A stretch of DNA of 64,000 nt from a virus, in the IMG/VR virus record IMGVR_UViG_3300010412_000005, positions 1 to 64,000 of that record. One strand, written 5' to 3'. This document shows, piece by piece, positions 57,488-64,000 of this stretch. The stretch's first letter is position 1; every line of letters begins with the position of its first letter. Both the position numbers and the translations under genes were made by a program. The notes beneath the pieces were generated by a model. It did not search any database. It saw nothing but the letters and a program-made list of their open reading frames with translations, and was not told the origin of the DNA.

Positions 57488-57747
57488 TCTTGCCTTGTTG
57501 ATTCGGCACGTTGCCGAGAGGTTATGTCTAAGACCCAGCCCATAGCCTTTATGACAGTCTCAAATGGAGCGTCACCAGGACCAGTAAGCCGCATCACTAC
57601 TCTATTCTTCTTATCGAACTGATACACTGTGTTTGATCGTGGAACACCGTAGACACCCATGTCTTTGAGAATACTGATCAACCCTTGCGTCCATGTGATC
57701 GCTCGATCCATTCCTTCTGGTGTGTTGATGTTCCATTCCTTCATCAT
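57484..57747 (-). CDS. hypothetical protein
   Basis: ATGA overlaps; W....I..LK..GV..VPRS...Y..DK. Confidence 0.65.
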   Translation of the reverse strand: MMKEWNINTPEGMDRAITWTQGLISILKDMGVYGVPRSNTVYQFDKKNRVVMRLTGPGDAPFETVIKAMGWVLDITSRQRAESTRQE

Positions 57748-58136
57748 ATAGTTCCTTCCTCTCCGAATGTTGGGCATGGATCTGCATCAGCCCGATGCCA
57801 TAGATGCAGACAGTTCTTGGCGATGTTCACATGCACCCGTGCCTTTGGCCAGATGCTGATCGCCATACGTTCGTCTCCAATGAAGACGCGTTTGATCTCC
57901 TTCATCTCTTGATAGGATGGGAGTCTGTCCTTGTGGCTCACCGATACGTGAATCCATTCCTGGCCATCGCAATACTCAATGAACTCCTCGTTGTCAGGGA
58001 TGGTGATGATAACTCGGAGCGGCAGTGTCTTGTGTTCAAAGACCTTGCCTCGTGGACCCCAGTCTCCGAGTTGTTTCCAATACTGCCGCATCTCTGGTGG
58101 TTGCGGCAGGAAACTCTCGACGCTCGTGTATATCAT
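57744..58136 (-). CDS. conserved phage hypothetical protein
   Basis: WIHVSVS...RLPSY.EM..IK..F...HVN...CLHLW pattern common in phages. Confidence 0.75.
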   Translation of the reverse strand: MIYTSVESFLPQPPEMRQYWKQLGDWGPRGKVFEHKTLPLRVIITIPDNEEFIEYCDGQEWIHVSVSHKDRLPSYQEMKEIKRVFIGDERMAISIWPKARVHVNIAKNCLHLWHRADADPCPTFGEEGTI

Positions 58137-58339
58137 GCGCGGAGTTTCTGCTTCTGCTTCTGGCTGCGGTTGCCTTGCTTCTGCCTGCGAACAGGACCAC
58201 CCATTCCTTTGCTGATCTCAGCAAGCAACTGCTCAGCCGTTGCGTGGTTTGCACCGCTGATCTTGTCAGTGGTAAACTTCATGCTGCCATCTGCCAGCAT
58301 TTCGAACTCGATCTCGTCGTATTGTCCTTCGTCTTGCAT
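58133..58339 (-). CDS. DUF2997-like small protein
   Basis: IEFEMLADGSMKF...ISG...H..AEQL and Q-x-Q tail; follows AAA and DUF1257-like genes. Confidence 0.6.
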   Translation of the reverse strand: MQDEGQYDEIEFEMLADGSMKFTTDKISGANHATAEQLLAEISKGMGGPVRRQKQGNRSQKQKQKLRA

Positions 58340-58347
58340 GTTATTCC

Positions 58348-58779
58348 TTAGTGTTTACCCCAGCAGAACCCAGTGAAACCGCCTTTGTCTTCCTGCTTTC
58401 CAAACTGCGAACCGAAGCCAGTGCCGATTCGCTTACGCAGTTTGCCTTTGCCAGTCTTCTGGTCATAAGAGAACTCCCAACCAGGAAGACTGGTGACCCT
58501 CTTCTTCATCATCTCCCAGATGTAGCTACGCTTGATCTCTCTCATCATAGCTTCATCACCCTGGTCTCGATACCACCGAAGGGAGTTAGGAACTCTCCTC
58601 CTGTCATACGTTATCACGCCAGTCCTCTGGTTGTAATTAACTCCATCGCCATAGACTGACTTGTTGACGTGATCGACAGACACGCTTCGCCAGCCATCTT
58701 TCTCAAGAGATCTGGCAAGTATGTCTAGGTCGAGTGCTAACATGTTCAGCTCATTGAGCTGCACCGTATCACATGGCAT
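58348..58779 (-). CDS. DUF1257/Ycf35-like protein
   Basis: DLDILARSLEKDGW...IKRSY...GW pattern and position after Ycf46-like ATPase. Confidence 0.55.
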   Translation of the reverse strand: MPCDTVQLNELNMLALDLDILARSLEKDGWRSVSVDHVNKSVYGDGVNYNQRTGVITYDRRRVPNSLRWYRDQGDEAMMREIKRSYIWEMMKKRVTSLPGWEFSYDQKTGKGKLRKRIGTGFGSQFGKQEDKGGFTGFCWGKH

Positions 58780-58784
58780 AACTG

Positions 58785-60437
58785 TTACTCCTTGCTGGAT
58801 GGTTTAGTGAAACCGAATAGAGTTCCAGCCGCCTCCATCACGGTTTGTTTAGCCTGAGAACTACTGTTCCCAGGATATTGGTAAGGACCCTCGTATGATG
58901 CGCTGATGTAGTTGCCGTGCGCAGACTTGCGAAGTGATTCTATCCTGTCACGCGCAGAGATGGCAACAGGCACAACAAACGAACTCGCTTGCTTGAGCGA
59001 GCACCCTAGATTGTAAGCATTGAAGCAGCACTGCTTTATTTCAGCACCAGTCCAGCGCTCGTCAATGAACCCAAGCTCCTGCTCAGGGATCTCGTATTGC
59101 TTGCGGTAGATGTCCCAGATCATCTGCCGCTCATCATCATCAGGAAGGTCGAAGAAGAATGTGCCGAGACCGAAGCGGCGTCTCAACTCAGGAGGAAGAG
59201 CAGTAATCGAGTTACAGGTTGCAATGAAGATGATGTTTGATCTCGCCATAGAAAGGATGACTTGCAATCCGTAACGCAAGCGTGCCTCAGACTCGCCAAC
59301 GTAGCTCGCTTTCATGCCTGCGAAGTCAAGCTGTGCTGTCAGGATGCCAGCCTCGTTGCCGGTAGCCTTGGCCATCGCTGACTTGGCTGCACCTGGAGGA
59401 CCAATAAAGATCATGCCGGTCACGTCGTTGTCCTGCATCCAACTGAGCAGATACCCAGTCAGTGATGTCGTGACACCGCTCATGTCTGTGCCGGTGCCAG
59501 CAAAGTGTTTCTCGATCTCGTCGATAAAGACCACAAGCCTTGGCCTACGCTTACCATTGATCAGCAGCTTCATGAATGTCTTGATGTTGCTGCAACCTCC
59601 GATGGTAGAGAATGTCTCTGCACCTGCGAACACAGACAGGCCAGGGGTTCGGTTCAGCTCCATGATCTTCTGGCTACGCAGCAATCCCATCTCAACCTTT
59701 CCCTTGCGTATGCTGAGACTGAACACCTGCTCGACACCGAACGCATTCAAGCCAGTAAGCGTGTCGACAATGGAGTCAACGTCCTCCAACTTAGGAGTAT
59801 TGTCTGCGCCTGCATGAGCGTCTTGCCACGTGGATTCCGCAATCTCGGCAATCTCATCGTCGGTAGGTAGCGTCTGCCTCAGCGTGAGAACATCGCTCTT
59901 GAGTTCTCTTGGTAACTGGAATGAATTGCCCATCATGATGAGCATGCACGAGCGAGCCTTGAACAGATCTCTCAGGTTCCAGATTGCTTGTTTGATACCC
60001 TCATTCTCCATGAACCAATGAGCGTTATACATCACGAACGTGGTGTTCTTTGGAGCAACAGTAAGGAAGTCCAGGCATGCACCAGGAGCTTGAGTTGCTG
60101 ACTTGACGTTGTTGTCGAACGCAAGAACCTCACCTTTATTGTTCATGTCAGGTGGTTGGATCTCCTGCCCAGTATAGGCGACAAGCATCTGACACAGCAG
60201 CTGCCTGCCAGTGCTGCCCTTGATGCTAAGACATGACAGACCGTTGCACAGGTCCCACTTGAACAGAACAGGAGCATCGCTGATTGTCTCATACAATCTG
60301 GCGATGTTCATCAGACTGTCGCGTGGATCTGGAGTCTCAAGTGCCACAATAGGAACACCGCAGTTGCGTGCATACCTAAGTGTGATCATCCACTGGGACT
60401 GTTTCTTTTTACTTTCCTTCGGTTTCGCTTTGACCAT
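58785..60437 (-). CDS. Ycf46-like AAA+ ATPase with rearranged ATPase domain
   Basis: inactive-type N-domain (WD...G, LPREL, LTGL), IGG, FIDEIEK, WMQD, GPPGAAKS, YVGESE, ATCN, LPPEL, FFFDLP, WTGAEI. Confidence 0.88.
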   Translation of the reverse strand: MVKAKPKESKKKQSQWMITLRYARNCGVPIVALETPDPRDSLMNIARLYETISDAPVLFKWDLCNGLSCLSIKGSTGRQLLCQMLVAYTGQEIQPPDMNNKGEVLAFDNNVKSATQAPGACLDFLTVAPKNTTFVMYNAHWFMENEGIKQAIWNLRDLFKARSCMLIMMGNSFQLPRELKSDVLTLRQTLPTDDEIAEIAESTWQDAHAGADNTPKLEDVDSIVDTLTGLNAFGVEQVFSLSIRKGKVEMGLLRSQKIMELNRTPGLSVFAGAETFSTIGGCSNIKTFMKLLINGKRRPRLVVFIDEIEKHFAGTGTDMSGVTTSLTGYLLSWMQDNDVTGMIFIGPPGAAKSAMAKATGNEAGILTAQLDFAGMKASYVGESEARLRYGLQVILSMARSNIIFIATCNSITALPPELRRRFGLGTFFFDLPDDDERQMIWDIYRKQYEIPEQELGFIDERWTGAEIKQCCFNAYNLGCSLKQASSFVVPVAISARDRIESLRKSAHGNYISASYEGPYQYPGNSSSQAKQTVMEAAGTLFGFTKPSSKE

Positions 60438-60657
60438 GTTGTTTTCCTTTTTCTTCGTCGGGTTGTTGTTGTTCGATCTGCTCAGCGACGAACCTAAGCA
60501 GCTTCGGCAGCATGAACACGACTTGAGGGTCGTAAGTGGTCACGCTAAATCCACTTCCTTTGGAGCCATCAATGACTATCAGTAAGGTTCCACGCGCACG
60601 TTGATCCATGAAGATCTGCGTGCATTCAGGATCATATTTTCCAGGTCCTAGTGCCAT
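60409..60657 (-). CDS. hypothetical protein
   Basis: GPGKYD...G..GSGFSV; same-strand array. Confidence 0.65.
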   Translation of the reverse strand: MALGPGKYDPECTQIFMDQRARGTLLIVIDGSKGSGFSVTTYDPQVVFMLPKLLRFVAEQIEQQQPDEEKGKQHGQSETEGK

Positions 60658-60660
60658 AGC

Positions 60661-61170
60661 TTAATCCAGTTGCCAATCCGCCTTGGCTTGCGTTTCGTTA
60701 GGGTAAAAGACTTCGGCAATGATGTTGCCGGGTATGTCTTTGATACCAATGATCAGTCCGCTGATGCCAAACTTGCCAATGAATCTGGCAAATCCACTGC
60801 CGTATAGTGTGGCATAGCGGTCCTGTGTTTTGAGATGAACACCGATAGTTGCTTCATCTCCCCAGTCATCTTGTGTCTCAGGCACACGCTGGCCTGGATC
60901 TTCAAGATAAATGCTTTTCCATTGCTCGAAGCCGATAACTGTCAGCCCATCGGGTGCTGACAACACGTTTCTTGCTTCGTATGAGTATCCGATGCTGTTG
61001 AAGTAGCTGTTCATCAGCCGTGCACACTCCTCTGCCTTCTCTCGTGACATGATACATGGAGATGGCATTCCACTATTACCGTCGACACAAGCGAACGGTC
61101 GAACCTTACCGGGTGGATCTCCAACCTGATGGAGATACCACTTGTCGTTGGCTTTAATTGGATTGCTCAT
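60661..61170 (-). CDS. hypothetical protein
   Basis: ATGA overlap; ends WQLD. Confidence 0.6.
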   Translation of the reverse strand: MSNPIKANDKWYLHQVGDPPGKVRPFACVDGNSGMPSPCIMSREKAEECARLMNSYFNSIGYSYEARNVLSAPDGLTVIGFEQWKSIYLEDPGQRVPETQDDWGDEATIGVHLKTQDRYATLYGSGFARFIGKFGISGLIIGIKDIPGNIIAEVFYPNETQAKADWQLD

Positions 61171-61979
61171 GTGTATTTCACATTGATTGCACTGTTGAGA
61201 CACTTACGACAGAACTTCTCACCAAGAGGTTCCTTGATGAGATCAGCCATTGTGTATTCGTCGTCTAGCGGAGTGCTTCGCCATGTCTTGAGATACTCAA
61301 TCAGATATGAAGGCATGTGCAGCAAGCCTATAACCCTGAACTGCAGCAGCCATAGCATGATAAGCTCCCATCCCCAGAAGCAGTATTCACGGAAGTCGTT
61401 GTGCTTCCTGTAGAATCTGCCATCTGTGATAACGTCATCGCTTGCAAGCGATTGGTATGTATCCATCCAGCAGTAGTCTGCTTTCTGTCCTTTGATGACT
61501 TTGCGTGCGTCACCAACGTGGATGTGAATCTTCTTCATCTCTGGTCGACGTTCGTGCATGCGTGCGAACAACCTGATCACATCCGTGTTGATCTCAGCAA
61601 CGTGAACCTCCTTGACGTCTTTCTTGCGTGCGCAGCGCAATGGGAAGTAGCCAAGGCCAAGGCCAGCAGTCCATACGACACCGTTGGCTCGCTTAATTGA
61701 CAACTCGGATGCCTGCACTTCCATAGCGGTAAGAGACATCCATAGTTGCCCGTCTACTTTGAGCTGTGGAATCGCACCTGGAACGGATGCTCTGAAGTTC
61801 TTGTTGAAGTAATCATCGCATCGCATCGGTGGTTTTGTAGCCAGCGTGATCGTTGCTGTGCCTTCCGTCATCTCACGTTTCACATCCAAGAAGTCGAGTG
61901 CCTTCTTCCAGAATGCATCCGTGAATGGATTGCCTACCGGCGTGTTTCTTCTGGTGCCCATTGCAGATACCTTTCGCAT
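61167..61979 (-). CDS. spermidine-synthase-like class I SAM methyltransferase
   Basis: WMS.T.ME, VWTAGLGLGY, EINTDVI, GDA. Confidence 0.75.
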   Translation of the reverse strand: MRKVSAMGTRRNTPVGNPFTDAFWKKALDFLDVKREMTEGTATITLATKPPMRCDDYFNKNFRASVPGAIPQLKVDGQLWMSLTAMEVQASELSIKRANGVVWTAGLGLGYFPLRCARKKDVKEVHVAEINTDVIRLFARMHERRPEMKKIHIHVGDARKVIKGQKADYCWMDTYQSLASDDVITDGRFYRKHNDFREYCFWGWELIMLWLLQFRVIGLLHMPSYLIEYLKTWRSTPLDDEYTMADLIKEPLGEKFCRKCLNSAINVKYT

Positions 61980-62161
61980 TCAGCTTTGTTGAATCCATCG
62001 ACATAACCAACGCCATCCCACCGTATGCTGACACCAGGATCACTGCCTATTGAGTAGTGCTCGATCACAGTGCCAACTGTGTTGGCTGGAACACCTGCCC
62101 AGCTCACGATGGTTTGGACTCGGTCACCTATTTTAATTGTGGTGATGTCCATGATGGTCAT
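61934..62161 (-). CDS. small SH3-like protein (start uncertain)
   Basis: IKIGDRV...GTV...VSIRWD. Confidence 0.55.
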   Translation of the reverse strand: MTIMDITTIKIGDRVQTIVSWAGVPANTVGTVIEHYSIGSDPGVSIRWDGVGYVDGFNKAECERYLQWAPEETRR

Positions 62162-62429
62162 GGTGGTCTGGCTTGGAACAGTGACCACCTGGGATCTCCT
62201 TTTCCAACTCTTTCACAACAGGATCGTCGTGTCCTTGCACTACGCTTTGCATGGTAGATCTGAGCATTCTCAGCTCCTGCGTAGACTCAGCAAGGTAGTT
62301 AGTGATTCCATGAACATGATCATGAAGCATGCGGCGTGTCCTCCGCTGCTCAGTAATCAGTTGTCCAATGCCTGCTGCTATTAACGCAAGAAAGGTTAAC
62401 AGCCCGATGATAGATATGAGTTCAAACAT
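62133..62429 (-). CDS. small membrane protein
   Basis: N-terminal hydrophobic LISIIGLLTFLALIAAGIG; AAAGGA upstream. Confidence 0.6.
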   Translation of the reverse strand: MFELISIIGLLTFLALIAAGIGQLITEQRRTRRMLHDHVHGITNYLAESTQELRMLRSTMQSVVQGHDDPVVKELEKEIPGGHCSKPDHHDHHGHHHN

Positions 62430-62748
62430 ACTTAGTTCCTTTTTCATAGCAGAGTGAGTCGAGCACACTCAGGAACTCTGCCCTTTTCCTTGGGTGTGCC
62501 ATGATGTCAACGAGCAAGCGAAATACCTGCTCGTTCTCTGGGTCTTTGTTGCCTGCGCGTATGAATCGAGCATTCCAAAACAGAAGATCGAATCCATCAC
62601 ACACAGCTATCCATACTCCCTTGTTGGTTGTTGTTGTTTTCTTTTCAAGGACTACACGCTGAGCATGAATGTCCCAAGTTACCTTGAGCCATCCCTTGAT
62701 TAGCTTCTTGTCCTTGCCAGTGGCTTTAACTAACGCGTATGTATCCAT
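62422..62748 (-). CDS. hypothetical protein
   Basis: GAGGAG upstream; same-strand array. Confidence 0.65.
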   Translation of the reverse strand: MDTYALVKATGKDKKLIKGWLKVTWDIHAQRVVLEKKTTTTNKGVWIAVCDGFDLLFWNARFIRAGNKDPENEQVFRLLVDIMAHPRKRAEFLSVLDSLCYEKGTKYV

Positions 62749-62938
62749 GCGATAGCTCCTCTACCTTCTTGCAGATGTCATCGTATTCCATGTCCATCCA
62801 TACGCAGTCATCAAGAAACGTGTCGATGCGTGGGGTCTTAATGCGCTTGCGCTGCATCGCTTTCCGATACTGCTGCAGATAGGCTAGAACTACGTGAACA
62901 TTGCCTTCAGGCGAACCTCGCTTGATAGTTATGCTCAT
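62726..62938 (-). CDS. hypothetical protein
   Basis: GSPEGN motif; ATGA overlap. Confidence 0.6.
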   Translation of the reverse strand: MSITIKRGSPEGNVHVVLAYLQQYRKAMQRKRIKTPRIDTFLDDCVWMDMEYDDICKKVEELSHGYIRVS

Positions 62939-63135
62939 CGTTTACGGCGCTGCATATTCCAGATCACCAGACTTTTGCCATGCGAGCTGAACTGTGCGTG
63001 TTCCATAGGAACCAGCGACTTGATAACTGGATGTCTCCAGTAGTCAGGTTGCTTACGCCTGTTCGACTTGTGACGCGGGTCAGTGTGTCTGGTTTGCTGG
63101 CCTTTCCTCCTGAACTGTGTGAAGACGCCACTCAT
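62935..63135 (-). CDS. small basic hypothetical protein
   Basis: ATGA overlaps on both sides. Confidence 0.55.
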   Translation of the reverse strand: MSGVFTQFRRKGQQTRHTDPRHKSNRRKQPDYWRHPVIKSLVPMEHAQFSSHGKSLVIWNMQRRKR

Positions 63136-63380
63136 CGCAGTGCGGCGTCAAGTTTTCGGATCTCGTCTGCTGACAATCTGGCAATTCTGCCAGTGTTGAC
63201 AGCCCTCATAATAGCTCGTGCGCAACGCGCATAAGCCTCGTGGTTTGCCTGTTCACGGGTGCTGCCGAAGCCGGTGATACCGTTCGTCAGCCTGCACATG
63301 AACACGGTGTTGTTCTTCACAAGTCTAGTCTCTTGGATCTTGACGTGTGAAGCCTCTGCCTTTGCTTGACGTGTTGTCAT
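63132..63380 (-). CDS. hypothetical protein
   Basis: AAGG upstream; same-strand array. Confidence 0.6.
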   Translation of the reverse strand: MTTRQAKAEASHVKIQETRLVKNNTVFMCRLTNGITGFGSTREQANHEAYARCARAIMRAVNTGRIARLSADEIRKLDAALR

Positions 63381-63439
63381 TGCTTACCTTGTCTACAGAG
63401 CCCCAACTCTGTGTTGTTCTACCTCCTTGAAAACTTGCT

Positions 63440-63718
63440 CTACACTTTGAACCTGCGCTGAACCAACTGATACTGAATGTCAGTGAGTTGTTTCATCACT
63501 CCTTCTGCCTTGATCTTTTCAATCTCATCATTCGGAAGCTTCCTCGTCTTGCCTTCACTGGTGAATCCGAACATCTGTGTGCACGCTGAGCAAAAAGACA
63601 AACAGTTCTCGTCGATTTGAAACTTCGCATTCTTGTTGCATACAGGCAGCTGACTGATGACCGTCATCTTGTTGCCGCAGTGCGGACATTCATGTGGGTG
63701 AATAAGGTGTGTTCTCAT
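63440..63718 (-). CDS. zinc-ribbon hypothetical protein
   Basis: CPHCG...CSAC. Confidence 0.65.
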   Translation of the reverse strand: MRTHLIHPHECPHCGNKMTVISQLPVCNKNAKFQIDENCLSFCSACTQMFGFTSEGKTRKLPNDEIEKIKAEGVMKQLTDIQYQLVQRRFKV

Positions 63719-63999
63719 AGTTCTTGTAGGTCGAATTCATATTCCAATCCTTTCTCTAGGCACATGCGAAGATCTAAGTTTGGAATCACGTGATAGTCGA
63801 TGTCGTCGATGCTAACTCCGTCATCCAGAAGATATTCAACTGCTTTGCTAAGTCTGTATGGCTCAGCGACAGCAACTCTTCCAGTCTCACCTTCATACCT
63901 TGCTTTCCAAAAGCGCTTCTGGTGAAGCAGTGTGCAATCATTTGCAGTGTCTGACGTGATGATGATTACATTGGTGATCTGAGGATTGACGTGTAGATG
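63715..63999 (-). CDS. partial hypothetical protein (5' end outside window)
   Basis: open frame HLHVNPQ...EFDLQEL* ending in ATGA overlap with 63718 start. Confidence 0.55.
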   Translation of the reverse strand, partial: HLHVNPQITNVIIITSDTANDCTLLHQKRFWKARYEGETGRVAVAEPYRLSKAVEYLLDDGVSIDDIDYHVIPNLDLRMCLEKGLEYEFDLQEL

Positions 64000-64000
64000 C

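Larger units (their letters stand above)
1..64000. mobile_element. tailed dsDNA bacteriophage or prophage, podovirus-like
   Basis: terminase, portal, capsid, collar, ejection proteins, RecT, recombinase; no host core genes or att junction seen. Confidence 0.93.

Noticed and set aside
62133-62175. His-rich metal-binding tail PDHHDHHGHHHN
   Set aside because: It is the alternate-frame reading of the overlapping next gene start (MTIMDITTIK), so likely incidental.
1-64000. CRISPR array, rRNA, tRNA, IS elements or stop-codon reassignment
   Set aside because: No spaced direct repeats, RNA gene signatures or transposase noticed; genes are full length under the standard code and use TAA, TAG and TGA. 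The Cas4-like gene sits near RecT and fits recombination.

Overview
The whole window is one tailed dsDNA phage or prophage genome segment; no host housekeeping genes were seen. The morphogenesis set looks podovirus-like: terminase, portal, scaffold, major capsid, adaptor, collar protein, nozzle and three ejection-type proteins including a 4,494-aa giant, with no tape measure or sheath recognised. Layout: 163-1199 (-) small genes plus an ADP-heptose-synthase-like adenylyltransferase. 1290-8500 (+) HU-domain protein, possible TerS, accessory virion/receptor-binding genes and membrane/lipoprotein genes. 8584-10104 TerL alone on the minus strand. 10147-38316 (+) head, tail and ejection genes ending in a glycosyltransferase. 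38024-64000 (-) a large glycan-modification cassette, tyrosine recombinase, DnaC-like ATPase, replication initiator, HNH, PD-(D/E)XK nucleases, RecT and many small early genes. Top leads: (1) an apparently split lectin system in which one gene carries three copies of a beta-sandwich N-terminal strand and three downstream paralogs carry the rest; (2) a Ycf46-like AAA+ ATPase whose Walker B segment precedes Walker A; (3) a 58-aa histone-fold gene missed by the ORF track; (4) the phage glycosylation cassette; (5) a four-way-junction RNA and antisense terminator at the terL 3' end. All family calls come from motif recognition by eye; no database searches or folding programs were run.
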